DNA of 64,000 nt from Bispira polyomma (GCA_965649765.1 OZ287751.1:35588001-35652000), one strand, 5' to 3'. Positions 12,666-27,259 are shown, numbered from the stretch's first letter. Notes: generated from the letters alone by a model not told the origin. A program made the numbers and translations.

Positions 12666-13638
12666 ATGTCACCTCATCTGTTGCCCATGTTGGATGCAGC
12701 AATGCAGAGATCTCAGCATGCTGTGCGTCCTAATACACAGAGGCAGTATAAGAGTCAGTTCAGGTTGTTTGTAGCATTTAAGGTGGCCCATCGGATTAAC
12801 GATTGGTCTTCAGAAGCAACATTTCTCATATTTCTTGAGTTTCTGGCATCCCAAAGTATTACATATAGGATGGCCTTGAATTACATTTCAGCAGTAAAAT
12901 TCCATTTCGTCAAGTATTCTCTTCCACACATGGTGTTTGAGGCACCCATTGTCAAGAAATTTCTCAAGTCCCTCATGCTCACAGGACCTCGTACTGTAAG
13001 GACTAAGGGTATTTTCTCACTTCAACAAATAAAAGAAATCTCACAGCTCTGTAGTGTGTACGAGAGTTCACTCACATACCGTGTTGCTTTTCTACTTGCC
13101 TTCTATGGCTTTCTGAGGATATCCAATATTGCTTCAGCCTCTAGTACTCAGTATGATCCCACCAGGAATATTTGTAGGAAGGATGTTACATTTGAATACC
13201 CTGGGGTCCACATCTCCCTAAAATGGGCAAAGAATTTGCAGGCCCCCAACCAACCACATGTTGTAAAATTGCCTTTCCATACAGAACCATCTTATGTGCC
13301 CTGTAGAGACCCTTAAGTTACTGCTGAAAAGATTCAAGTTGCCACCCCAGGATCCTCTCCTTATTACTGATAACTATGAGTTGTTGACACAGTCTATGCT
13401 TAGACGTGGGTTAGCTTCAATTCGTAGAGTAATGCAGGTGCCATTGTTAGGGCACGGGTTTCATACATTTCGCTGCTCGGCGGCTACCCTGGCCTATGAT
13501 GCCAATGTAGACATGGATAGCATACGTATGCATGGTACTTGAAGGAGCGATGCAATCTGGTCTTATATTAATACTCACACCTCACAGAGTAACACTGTTC
13601 CTCTCACTTTCCAAAGTTTACTAAACCCTCCTACATAA
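12666..13638 (+). pseudogene. DIRS tyrosine recombinase, disrupted
   Basis: FYGFLRISN (catalytic R), KWAKN, HTFR (HxxR), HGT*RSDAIWSY (W to stop, catalytic Y present); frameshift near 13290. Confidence 0.93.
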
Positions 13639-16600
13639 ATGCTTCTTATGGGCTTGGGCCATTTTCCCCTTGTTTGTAAATCATATGTTAAAACTAACTG
13701 CTAGAGATTAATAAAAATAGAATCCCAAGTCGCAAACTCTTTCCTTTGTTATCTTCTAGGCTAAGTAGTTATAATTTTGTGTCTGAAATAAATTTCATCT
13801 GGGACGGAACACTTAGAGTAGTGCTACGGGAATACTCGACAATATACTCAGAAAACTGGCAGAAGCATTTATCCCACCTTTTTTTCGCCTAGTTGAGGGG
13901 AGAAGTTTTTGACTGCCTACCCAAATCTTTTGCCCTCGCACGGCCTCACAGTGTAGATGATAAATGGTCACCCCCAAACCTCTCTATCCAGTGAGGTAAT
14001 TTTCGAAACGTCTTTCTTATCGCGCCTCTCTCTCTCTCTCTCCATATACGGGTTATAGTGAGAACGCAACAAATGAGAAAAAGGAGATCTTCGAAAATCA
14101 GAAATTCTCTTAATATGTATAAAACAACACAATTTGTTTGTTGCTTTTGTGTCAGGTGAAGAACCCAGTGAATAGGGAAACCTTGATAACAAGCTGATTA
14201 ACACTTCTTGGACTTTTTTTTTGGAAGGGGAGGGGGGGGGGGGTAATTGATAACAAACAAACAACAAAGTATGAAAAGCTCATTCCCTCAAATCCTGAGA
14301 TTATATGTGTTAAGTGTGTCATTGACATTACATTGATATTATAGGTCTTCGTTTTAAGTGTATAGATTTCGAATTCATTCCATATAGTATTTGCACGTTT
14401 TTCTTTTATATTATCAGGCACCGCCTAATGTGGTTTTCATTCTGCAAAAAGGCCAAGCCACCATTTAAAAAGGGCACCACTGTCTTAGAAAATAATATGC
14501 AAGCACATTCGCAGATTGGTTTGGAAGCAACCATCGATCTAGCCAAACTGAGGGGGGGTGTCAAGTTTTAATATTTCTTACCCTTTGCACCTGGGTCTTG
14601 GGTAAAAAGACAACCCTTGTGGGTCTAATAATGTGGCTTTCCCACGACTCTACATATTACAGTACATGACTAAGTGCATACCAGTCCAAACTAAGGTGGG
14701 GTCAGATTTTGCCCGAGCATATATGGTGGGCCATATATTATAATGATAGTGCACACGGCAGGACCTCTTTAGGGGACTGCCGGTTCAGTCCAACATAATG
14801 AAATTTTCCACCTTAGAAAAAATTTGGTTACACCAAACCTCTTTTCCGCTGTCCACCCATTTATTTCCAATCAGATTTACTGCTTAATAACCTGTGACTG
14901 TTTCCATTATTGACCTTTCATTAGATTTTTTGACATTGAATGAACAACATAAAACTAGATTCGGAACTGGCGATGTCGGAAAGGTTTTTAATTGTTTTAT
15001 TCTAGTTTGATGTGAATTATTGACATTATACAATCAATTATTGTTTGTAAACATCCAAGAAGAATGGACAAGGCGAAGAAAACTCCACTAACCATGGTGA
15101 TAAAGCCAAAAAAGAAGAAACGAACTGCCAAACTCACGACGGCTGAAAGCCAACAGGTATCAGACATCATTGCTTCTGAGTTTCAGTCACAAATATAGCC
15201 ACATCATAAAAAAGAAAAAGAAAAAGAAAATACCCAACATTAATAATGCCTCGATCCTAGATTTAAAAACGGCACTTAAACAACTTATATGGTGTAATCA
15301 TTATATTCCCGTGTGGTGTATATAAAAAATTGACAATGATAACAATTGTCTTTTTTAAAAAGAAAGCTAGTGTGTGAAATACACTTGAATGTTGATATAT
15401 GGGCCTCTATATACTTTAGGCAAATCTGGTGAAATTACTTCCAAACCAATCCATGAAAAAGGCTGTTACATATACGATATCTATGATGGCGGAGCCCCTT
15501 TCAAAAATGGCGGAGTGCCTCTCTTCAGAATGTAAAACAACATCAGGCTGCACCTGATAAAAATAAATCCCGATACAGATTATAGAACTCAACGAGGGCT
15601 GTGTGTGCAAGTTATAAGCCACATGTAATAATTAAGTAAGCACCTATAGTAGGTGAAAGGCTAAAACCAACAAATTAATGTCTGGATTTGGGGTTAGCAA
15701 ATATTAGTTGACATTGAACAACAAATCCACACAATTGGTAATCTTGTTTGAAATCCTCAATTAAGGTCAAAACTGGTCTAACTGGCCTTTTTTGATCGGT
15801 AAAACTGTTTGCGGATTATCTCTCATGATTACAAGGCGATTCCTCTACACTATATAAGCATTGTGTCCCAGTAACCTTTTAAACTTAGGTCCTAGAACTA
15901 TTGGTTTTTGTAATAAGGTTTTTATACTCTCATAGTATATATTTCCTTCTTTTTGTGGAATTTTAATTTGTGTGTTTAGTCACTTTTTTTTAAATAAATG
16001 ATTTTTTTTTTAACTTCTCTGTTTAAATATTGCAAATTGTTTATTGTCAGTCTCCAATTTTTGCATTTCTTTTTTTTTAAATTAAAATGATTTTTTTTAA
16101 ATGCACTTTTATTAAATTTATGTATTAACTTCTGTATCATGTTTTTCATCATGTAGACGAATATACAGTTTTTTTTATTATAATAGTTAAACATGTACTT
16201 ACTGGAGGCGATTTAAATTTAAACGCTGCAAAAAGAGAATTTTTATTAAAATAGAATGATACAATCGAGCTACTGTTTAAGTGGAACTCTGTTAAGTCGA
16301 TTTCCCAGTTTATTGAGGACACAATGTTTTTTTTCTATTAAAATATACCCCTGTTATGTGGCATTCACACCTTTGCGTTCTGTAGCGCCGTTTACTCTCT
16401 TTGTCAAGAACTTGTGTGATCTGGACAGGACTGGTGTAACTCTGGTGTAATATGGAGCAAACCTTGCATAAACATCTGATGAACTACTTAGATCTGGTAT
16501 GGTATGGGCATACACTGGTCATACACTTGTTAGATCTGGTAAAAACTAGGCTTAAACAGGGAAAGATCTGGTGAATGATTTGCAAATGAGCATTTTCACC

Positions 16601-19600
16601 CATTCTCTCGAGACCACCCAAGTTCTAATGATTGGGGGTAAACTGGTATAAACGTAGCAAAGAATTTGATAGTGTGATCGTAGCATAAAAGTAGGTGAGA
16701 TACTGGTGAGATACCTAAAATCTGACTGCATATTTGAGTTCTGTGTTGAAAGTCCTAACAAAATACATGGCTATTACACGTGTAGATTATTTTATTACTG
16801 TGAGGAACTGAAGGAAAAATAACAAGAAAAAAGCGGCCCACAGCCACTGACTAGTTTGCTATTCACATGCCTGAGGCCATGTAGTATGAGAATTACACGA
16901 AAATGGCGGCTAATGGCCGCGTACCGGACGTTTGCTGCCGATTCCGAAAATAGTAACCCAGTCACTAATTGGCGGTCGAAATGGATTCCGAAAACGATCT
17001 ATTATATGTGTAGTTGCTAAGAACTTCCGTTATCGCCAATTACTCAAATCTGCAGTAGCAATAATATATAAATAGAAACGAAACTTTGCAAACCTTATTT
17101 TACATAAACCATTAAAGAGTGTGGCTTCAAAATGCATTTCGATACAATTCATATTTCTAATCTTATTTGATGTTTTCGCCGCCATAAAGTTGTGGTTATA
17201 TAATGCTGGGAAATCCCGACCGACTGCGCACACACTTGCGCATTTACGCATGCGCATTGAAGACATCCCCAAATTTCAGCCAGTCCCATCTTGCCTAAGA
17301 TAAAATTAGTTGTTTACAACTATTTATGATCAGAGATCGACCAATAGAAATCGTTGTCACAGAAATTTGTCACAGCTATAAACTACAATATTTCGAAATC
17401 GAGGCCGCCGCCGTGGGATACTAAGGTAATTGACAAAAACAATAATAAAATAGAAATATTCACGATTTCATTTTCAGAATCTGCCCCAAAAGCAAAACCG
17501 GAGCACAAGAGCCCAAACTCTAGAATTAATGCAAATTTCAGACTATAACTTCCTACCAGGTCTGAGATTATCCTGTCGACATGTTTGGAACCCTTTTCCA
17601 GCTTTCCTACCGCTGATAACAACCAGTTTGCACATGCGCAGACTTGCGCAATGTGCAAACTAGTTAAAAATACTATTTTGGGGGGATGGTCGACTGTTTG
17701 CTGATGGACATATAGGTTTTGGGTGTAACAATTTCCATCTACTGCTAGCAAACAACATTAGAGTTAAAAGGCTTAATAGCTACTAGATACGTAACAAAGA
17801 TTTGTAGAGGGAAGGATTTGTAGAGTTTTTGCTCATTTGCTATGGTGACACAATCAGATTTGAGGCAAAATTAAATCTCAACTCAAGGCATAAATTCTCC
17901 CAATATTTTGAGCTGAGATTTTTGCTCAAATCAACCTCAAAGTTGAACAAGGCAGTATACCCTAACTTAACTATAAGAAGAATTTCACTTAAATGAAAAC
18001 TAACAAAGTGATAGTGTGACCACAGGTCTAATATAACAGTAAATTTGATTGCCCTGTTGTTATTATGGACCTGTGCCAACATGTCCAGACCTGCATCTAA
18101 GTTCGTTCGAGAATACCAAATTGAGAAAAATACTCAACTGAACCAAACTCTCAGATTTGAGCTGTCATTCAAAACTTATATCTACATTAGAAGTTGTTAT
18201 AATTGCGGTTCAGCCCCTTTTGTCTCCAGTTCTCTTGAAATGTGCTCTCTGAGCTACCGATTACCCATGGAAGTTTTGTAAACATGGCCAAAATTTTCCG
18301 GCTCTGGCCCCCCCCCGTTCTTGCTAATTGCATCTGTTTATGCCCAGATATTCTACATGTTTACTCCAGTTCACACACAAGTTCTTCAAATCGCGACCTA
18401 AACAGCCCTATAGAACGTGAAGGTGTGATCGTGACATAAGTTTAAAGACCTTCGATAAACATATAAGCTGTAAAAATATAGTCGTAAACATTGTCATAGA
18501 CATTGTTTGAGGACAATTAATTTCTTGGGTGTAGATATAATAGGTGTTGGAAATAGGATCTTGAAATCACTGTGGGCTGACACCATACAAATACAATGTA
18601 GTAATTGTATTTCAAGGATATTTTGGGGAGGCGTGTAAAATTATCAACCTAATGAAGTGTAAAAAAAAATAAAATCGCCAAGGCTGACACCACAAAGAGA
18701 GTAAGTTAATACCATAATCGTCTCAAATAATTGGGTGGAATTGTACAACCAAATAAGAAATCTGTTTGTTCTTAAAGTGGTCAAGATATATCCAAGGGAA
18801 TCTCTTCTGAAGAGAAAATAAAACTGGCCTTAAATTCTGAGAACTTAAAATTATGTGTTTGACATTTTTTTAAAAAAGTTTTTTAACATTTCCGTAACTA
18901 TTCTCTCTTTTACACGTTTTCAACAATAAGTTTATAACTGTATTTATATTTAAGGCAATTTAAAACGGTAACTTTATGTTTATCTTAAAAGGGTTGCACA
19001 TTAAAGTTACCTAACACAAAGCTTCTTTAAGCTAACCCTAATTAATAAGGCAGAGTTAAGATAAATAAATGGCAAATAATAGTTATTAGAGTACTATATC
19101 TAAAATCGACACTTATCAAATATATAATAATTGCTTCTATACCAACCCAGTGTTCACTGTTGTAACAGTTTTCTACCTATCTATTGTTATCTCACTGTGT
19201 TTGTGTGTAGTAACGCATCCTAAGTAAACCAGGGAGCGCTGTTAGGTCCGGTTACCACTAATTTACATGTGCTCGCTAATAAAATATCGGTGTCACATAA
19301 TATTGGTGGGGATTTAGTATTACGCACAAGCTAGGGTACAAGAACTAGAGGAAAAGTACAATGTGTGTGGGGGGGGACCCATTGTATCTAAATCTGTATA
19401 TATCCTATTTATTTAAAGTAATTGGTACCATCCACCCTACATTTTATCTGCGTTTTTGGTAAATGGTAAGCTCTCCCTGTTTATTAAGTTCAATTGAACA
19501 CAATAAAATATCTAATGTTGTGTATTTTCAGTTCACTGGCCGATATGGCCAATTTGTCTCAATTTCCCTCAAGACTCTGAGGCAATCAAAACCTTATGAG

Positions 19601-21756
19601 GGGAGCTTTTCACAATAATATTACATACCGTTGACTGTTGGCCGGCGGACATGACACTGGCCAATAAAGATGGCTCTGTGACAAGGTTGTCAAGGGTTCA
19701 AACTGACCTCCCAGACACATTGTCTAAGGTCTTCCCATATCTCGAACAAAAAGGGAAGATATACAAAACATTGGACTGCATATTTGAATTTAGCACTGAA
19801 AGTTCTATTAAAATAAATGGTTGCAAGTCTAGTTTATTTCTATGTAAAGAATCACCTATTCAAGCAATACAGGAAGTATATACACATTTGTTTGGGCATA
19901 ATTTTTGGTCCAGTTTCTTGATATGTCTCAATATGGGCGGATATTGAAATAATTTTACCTTTGATGTTGATCTTGTCTGATACAAATGATTTACCCAGTA
20001 AATTCTAAATAATAGTGTATTTCTTGTAATGAAGCCCCCCTCCCTCTCTAAATATAGCTCCTTCCCCCTTTTGAGGAGATATTTCAATTACTTATTAATA
20101 TGTCTATATGTCAACAGGCACTACAACAAAAATGTAATGGGAAATCATGATGTCTCTTTAACCAGCTGTTAAAAGGTGTTACATTAGTGACCTGTATTAG
20201 AGAATTGTATAATGATGTAAATCAGCAAAGTAGGGCTTTCAAACTGTCGCTTTTTTAACATGCAATCAAAACCTTGCTCGAGAGACCACCTGTATAGAGA
20301 AAGACTATCTCTCAATATAAAGACATTTCCTTAATTAAACTTTGACAAACACCATTTTTTTGTGTGATCCTAATAATAATGAAGTTAATATGTGGACATG
20401 TGTGATCCTAATAATAATGAAGTTAATATGTGGACATATTTTACTGCATCTTATAAAGCAAACTGCAAAAATATAAGCAATCGCTTGCAAATCCACGTAT
20501 TTGTTGACAGTTGTCGAAACAACCTTTACCCGAAACTGACGTCATACTTCAAAACCAGACCTATATGCGTGCGTTATGGCAAGTTAGAATGAATCACCCA
20601 ATATATATACTTCGAAATCTGTTAAGAAGAAATTAAAACAAACCTAACCATTTGTGACAATTAAGGTAATATATTATACAAATTATCATTGTATTAGTTT
20701 GGATTTTCTATTTTTAACACTCCCATAATCATCGTTTTTTTAGAAGGTGATCTTTTTGAACCTAGAATTCCAACAGACCTACTCTGCACACCCTCAATCA
20801 TCTTAGCATTTGCATTGAAAACACCACAGATTTTCAGCCAATCCCATCACGCCTAAGATAAAATTTGGTTGGTCGCCATATTTGATCATTGTTTACAACT
20901 ACATATAGAGAGGGTCCATATACAATATTTTAATCACGCCGTATTTGATCATTGTTTACAACTATTTATGTACAGAGATCGGCCAATAGAAATCGTTGTC
21001 ACAGAATGTTGTTACTACAAAAGAAAATAATTTTACAGCTATGAACTACAATATATTTTAAAAGCCTTAATAGAGAAATGCAGTAGAACCTCTGTTATAC
21101 ACACTTCTATTATTGTGTTAGAAAATATCATTTTGGACACGCTCTATTGATGTTAAGACATCTTCTATAGCGCAACAAGCGCAACAACCAATTCAACAAC
21201 ATAGCTTTGGTCGTCATCAGTAGGCAATGTTGTTTACAACTTGCCAAATGATGTTATCCCACCAATAAACCTAAGGAGTCGAACAAGTGACCAACTCCCT
21301 AACCACGGGAGACCACATTATCCGAAGATTTTATTTTTTTAAAAATTTTCTCTTATTCAAATATTAATTTGTTTCTAATTGATTATAACTAAAATGTCTA
21401 TAAACCTTTTGTTATCAAAACTATATTATTTTGAATTCCCAATTTGTTCAGATAATAGAGATTATACTCTATTACCTTTGTATTGATAGCATCATGATCC
21501 AGGCTTCTAGTCCAAACTCCTTTATATTTAAAAACACATCAACATACATGCATGTAAATCTGATTGCTCAAAAACTTGTGTAATGTTTGGTTTATGGTAT
21601 TTTAAATAACAAAACTACAATGACAATAAGACAACAGAAACATTATCTATCAAAGAAGTTTTGTTTATTATTACATCAGACTTAAACGACCATAAACAAG
21701 TCAGAGAAAAATAATAGCATGGCCAGAGATCGTTTTAAACCATTATTAATAATACC

Positions 21757-21950
21757 TACCGCTGTGACCGAGTTGGTTAACACTCTCACTTAGGAACAGA
21801 GGACCAGGGTTGAATCCCAAGGCCAGGGCCGACAAGGTACAGACAGATACATAGTGGTTCAGATGACCCACTTAAAATGGAGCTCCTGTTCCCAGTGGCA
21901 GGCTAAAAAAAGATCCTTAGGATCAATCTTAAATGAGCACATTGTTGAAC
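21757..21950 (+). mobile_element. tRNA-headed SINE, second family; related degraded copies near 56225-56480 (+) and 59080-59340 (-)
   Basis: A/B-box-like head; shared GATGACCACTTAAAATGG core. Confidence 0.6.
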
Positions 21951-21965
21951 CTTTTTTTTTTTTTT

Positions 21966-21996
<31 letters not shown>

Positions 21997-22788
21997 GGAA
22001 CTATGGTGCAGCATCTCCCATTTTTCTCGGAAGGACGATATTTCCTGTGCATTTTGAATAGGGTTACAAATGTCATATATGGTCGATAAATTTGTAGTGT
22101 TATTTGATGATAATGAGGGTATTATTTCTACCATATACAACTGTACACTCACCTTCCATATTCTCCATGTATAGGTCTGTTTACAAGTGCAGTATATATC
22201 CCATTATCATCGGATAATATGAGCCATATACTACTGTACACACATCTCCCACAATGACCCTATATATGTGTAGACCTGAAGTTTATCGCGCTATAATCCA
22301 ATAATATTACCCAACACACCTCCCATATAAGAGAGTTTTCGCATGAGGTTTTTCATCAATCCGCACCTGCGTGAATGATAAAAACACTAATAAATTTGAA
22401 ATGTCCTACAACCATAACGTCCACAACCAAGTGATCTCCTGAATTACGGGATGCTCAGCTGAAAACTGTGAAGTTGGTGTCTTTTGAAAGTATCCGTTGT
22501 TAGATCCCTGTCAGACAGATTTGTATTTGCACTTGTTTCATCAGGTAGCTGATATATACAGTGCCTCTCCCTGAATTATATTTTCTTTACCATATCAAGG
22601 GAGTGTAAATGTCAGTGCCCTTGGAATACAGGTAACACTTGGATCATAATTGTTAGTAAAATGACATATTTCAACCATCACATTTGTATTCGTTTTTTTT
22701 TTTTTACAGATTTTATCAATTTTAAATGGACACATTGGTAAATTATGTGACTACTGTTGTGCAGATAAATGGCGTTTCAGATATGCAC

Positions 22789-23219
22789 TAATGGTACGTT
22801 CGACCAACCTCGTGAGTATGGTAATTACGACTAGTGAGCTCGTGATTACCAACGGTGAGCGTTCGAGGGTTTGTAAACACACGAGGCGTGAACTTCTCTA
22901 TATCCATGTGGTGTTAGTATTTATAATGCGTAAATGTACTAAATATGAAGAAAAAGTTTAATTGACTGTATTTTATTAAATTATTAGAATGATTTATGTG
23001 GATAATATGTGATAAAAATCTGTCATAATAAAATGCCAAGCAAATTTTCTTACTGGCCGCCATTTTGCCAGTGTTTTGGGGCAAGGCCACAGAATGGGAG
23101 TACTCTGGGAGCTTTCAACTTATGAGCCGTGTCCACCAGCTGTATGGCCGTTCTTGGCGTTATTTACGAGGTGTGAGTTGGTAAACACGGCTCGGAACAA
23201 GCACACGAACGGCCCATTA
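22789..23219. mobile_element. MITE, same family as 26-431
   Basis: TIR TAATGGTACGTTCG / CGAACGGCCCATTA; reverse complement aligns with 26-290. Confidence 0.7.
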
Positions 23220-25499
23220 ATACCGCAAAATTTTAGGCTGTTTGGGGTGTAACATACAATGATGCATATCTATATACGAATGTTTTCTATATTTAAATTA
23301 ACTTGCATGTCTTGCATATATACTCTAATAAGATCTAACAAAGTCAATTTTACATATATACATAGATTTATATAGTTACATACATAACTGAAATAATATT
23401 GTAATCGCATAGTATAGTTAATACTCTAATGCATGGACTTTCATATAGTTGCCTTGTCAGTCACCGGTTCACCTTAACTACTATTAATAATCATAAGCAA
23501 CCTAGTAAATCATAATGGGGGCTCCTTAAGGTGTATAATTCTAAAAAAACTATATATTTGTGGTTTACATAAACCCAAGGTAAGATGACCCGGGTATCCT
23601 AAGGTATCCTTACCTGTAAAGTAATCCTAACTTAATTTAAAGCATACTTAAATTAACTTCTATTCAAACTTAATTAATGGTAGTCTTAAACTGGTGTTGT
23701 ATATAGATATGTAGTATGAAGAAAATATAAAATAAAATATATATACCCTCCATCTGCTTATCACTATCTTCAAGGTCAGCTGTAGGCACTGTAAGTCAAA
23801 TTAAGACCATGTAAGTACACACTTGGATTCATAAAGTTATTTGTATGCATTTCAGGCAATTTATACATACATACAAACATACATATATTGTAATTGTTAA
23901 CGGTAGAGTTAAAGGGTCGAGTTGATGTGAAAGAGAATGATATTATCAAGTATAAATACCAATATTTGCTAACGAGTATATTGTAACCTAATATTTAAAT
24001 CCAAATACTATCATACAATATTCATATTATTACATGTTTTTGTACTATAAATGGAGTTATCAAAAATAATTAAATAAGTTCGGGTCAACAAATTAAAAAA
24101 AATAATTTTAGTCTTGAGGAATTTGTAAGGTATATAAAAATATATTATGAAAATCACCATTACGGTCCATTTTCAATGGGCCTGATGCAAGCGTCATATG
24201 TTAAATCTGAAATGCTATTTTTTTACCAGAGGGACAAGTTTTAAACAAAAGGTTTAAAAAGGTTGAATACTAAAGCAGTGTACGTAGAGCTGCCAATATT
24301 ATTTATTTATTTTTTTAATTTAACTTCTATTATATTTTGTTGATGTATGACAGATACTTTCTGCGAAACAAAATGGCGAAACAAAACAATGGTTTTGGAT
24401 CGTGTAGAAAAGTTAGTAAAATCCATATACAGTAAAGCCTTCACATAGTGAACACTGCCTAGATTTAGCCAATGTTGTCACTAAAAAGAGATGGACACTA
24501 TTCGCAGGTATACACTTAGTGTGCCAGATATTATTTATAACAGACACTGGATTTGACCATGGGTGTCCACACATAAAATTCTATCTGGGCTTGAGCCCGA
24601 GACCTTCATTCTAAAATACTATTCCCATGAACATAAATATTACTGTTGTAGAAATTCGAATGTGCCTGTCACTAGAAGTGATTCAAACTCACTGAATGGT
24701 ACAAATAGATTTTTGCTGCAACCTTTACTTAATTGTGCTTGTTTTTAGTTTATAGCACACACACAAAAAAAACATCCCCCGTTTTCTGGAGAAGGTATAA
24801 CAGGTTTCAAGTGTAGGATATCTCTTGTGTCTCTGATGTTGTACTGTATTAAATTTCTTTACATTTCCTGTGCCTGTTTTGTACAAACACAATACTCAGT
24901 TAATGCAAATGTGGCGATGTCTGTTCCCTTAATATTGCTACATTAATTAGGTAAATACAGTAGTTTGTCCATGCTTATAATTTTACTATTTCCATTTTTG
25001 TTACTTTGTATGTTTGTTTACCTGGGTTGCATCATTTGGTGTTCCCATTTGCCATTTATATGGTTCAGGTGGCCGTAATTATGAAGTCTATAATAGCATC
25101 TCAAATGCTGATTGTGAGGTGTACATTTCTCAGTCTCCTGCAGTTATATACTGTTTGTATTGGTTATTTGTTAAAGTACTCTTGGTGAATTCACATATAC
25201 CAAAATATGCAGTTTCCACAACTAGATTTGGGGTCAATTGGTGAAATAGCTCCTGGTGATAATAAAGCATTTGAAAGAAACGGGGATTTAGAATTTGAAA
25301 AAAAAAAAAATATATATAAAGCCATGCTTCCAACTATGCTTTCTGGAGTGTTTTGGATATTCGACCTCCCTTTGTGGTCCTGCCTACTCAAACTTGATTC
25401 TTTATATGGCTGCCATACCGTTAGGTTATTACTGGGGTTTTCATATTCAATTAAAAGATTTCCCCTCTGGTATCTTTTTGCAACTGGTCTGGTGGGCTG

Positions 25500-26115
25500 A
25501 GCCGTTGCTCGAGGTTGTTTCTCTGTGCCTTCACTTTGTATGACTATGTCATGTGACAGATGTCCTGGGACTGGATCCTTGGTGTCGCTTTTGTTAGCCA
25601 TGTTGCCAGGGCCTTGTGTGTCCACTGTCGGCATGGCAAGGGGTTGGTTCTGGTTTGGTGGTCTCAAATTGTACTCCAAGCTCAATTTTAAATCGAGGCA
25701 TGTATTCAGGATCTATCGAGAGACTTTTATTAGGTATCCTGTAATGATTGACAGCTTCATGTCCAGTAAAACTGAAGCTTACGGATTATATTTTTCTTTC
25801 TAACTTGGTTAAAAAGGTATACACTATCCTCTGCAGTGTAACTACCAGCATTGGCTCGATGATCATAAAATATTTTTTGTTTAGTATAAGAGTATTCCAA
25901 GTTTGACCTAGCTAACTCATGTATCTGATTCAGTTTGTCTTTTGGTGCCACAATATATTGTATGTCTTTTGATTCATATTTCCGAAATGCCTGATCTGAA
26001 AATCTTCAAGTACATATTTGTATAGTGATATATCACGGCCAAACATCAAGGCTGCTGGAGTTTGACCAGTGGTCTCGTGTATTGAAGACTTATAGGCCAA
26101 TATTAACATACATAT
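25500..26115 (-). mobile_element. Gypsy LTR retrotransposon integrase C-terminal remnant
   Basis: LAYKSSIHETTGQTPAALMFGR, HELARSNL...QKIFYD, KLQFYWT, YNLRP. Confidence 0.75.
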
Positions 26116-26349
26116 AGTATACTAGAAGTTTAGATAATAAAGGCTATATTGTAATACAATTTATTGGTATTACACTATTAAATGTTTTAGAACACATGCA
26201 GCCTTAAATAAGTACGGTATGAATAGCATACATAATTATTTGATAAAGTTTGTATTGTATTGTACATTTTTAACGTGTCTTATTGATGCTAGGCATCTTC
26301 TAAGGCGCAACATCAGAATCAATTACCCAATAGAAAAATAAAAAAAAAC

Positions 26350-27258
26350 ATAGCCAGGTCATAAGGATGGATGCTGTTAATGTGAGGAAGAAATAAAAAA
26401 GCAGGGTCGATAGTGACACCTAGGTTTTTGACCTGGTCTAAAGGTTGAATCTCATTGCCCAGCAGTGTGATTGGGAAGTATTTGCTGTGTTTCTTATTTC
26501 CAATTGGGATGAATTCAGTTTTTGTCAGGGTTTAGTTTCAGTTTGGAATAGTTCATCCACGCCTGAACTGAGGAGAGACAGTCGGCAAGTAAATCTGGCA
26601 TTATGAGTGTTAAGGGAGAGATAGATTTGAGTGTCATCAGCATACATGTGATGTTTAACATTGTGATTATTGATGACTGCACTAAGAGGATGGGTATAGA
26701 GGGTAAACAGTAAAGGGCTGAGAACCGACCCCTGGAGTACTCCAAATGGTAGGTTAAAAGAGGATAAAAAGTGGTTGCTCAATTCGATTTTTTGGGTTCT
26801 AAGAGCAGGTAGGATTTGATCCAATCAAGGACAGTACCATTAAGACCATACCACTGTTTTAGGGTGTTAAATAGTAAGCCATGGTCGATGGTATCAAAAG
26901 CTGCGGAGAGATCGAGAAGGGTGAGGGCTACAGTTTCATCGCAATCGAAGGTAAGGTTAATGTCATCACTGATTGAAAGGAGGGCACTCTCCGTGGAGTG
27001 AAATTTTCTCTGTAGGCAGATTGGTGGCAGTTAGCTAGATTTTGTTTATTGAGGTAGTTATGAATTTCTTTAGCAACAGCTTTCTCAATAAGTTTAGATA
27101 CAAAGCTGAGGTTATTGACTGGTCATTAGTTTTTTAGCCCATTTTTGTCAAGGCCAGGTTTTTTCAGCAAGGATGCGACATATGCAGTTTTGAAACAAGA
27201 GGGAAATATACCATCTCTAAGTGAACAATTTATGATGTTGGTGATAGGAGTTATGAGA
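26350..27258 (-). mobile_element. L2/CR1-type LINE RT fragment
   Basis: [50 protein letters not shown]. Confidence 0.9.
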
Positions 27259-27259
27259 A

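Larger units (their letters stand above)
8582..13946 (+). mobile_element. DIRS-order tyrosine-recombinase retrotransposon, Ngaro-like, near full length, decayed
   Basis: gag-like, RT/RNaseH and tyrosine recombinase ORFs in tandem; no methyltransferase domain after RNaseH; GGCCT at both proposed ends. Confidence 0.93.

Noticed and set aside
9352-12702. Antisense ORFs within the DIRS element
   Set aside because: Shadows of the sense ORFs with no recognisable motifs.
12666-13638. Phage integrase or horizontally acquired prophage
   Set aside because: It directly follows RT/RNaseH in standard DIRS order and there are no phage genes.
15064-15198. Short Lys-rich ORF with NLS-like KPKKKKR
   Set aside because: Only about 44 codons with no supporting homology; expected by chance in A-rich DNA.
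21950-22000. Poly-T/poly-G runs as a functional element, and ORFs 21854 and 21859
   Set aside because: Simple homopolymers of unreliable length; the ORFs are low-complexity artefacts.
23480-23505. VAYDY as the missing VYDYY exon
   Set aside because: Immediately followed by stops and lacks the upstream conserved residues.
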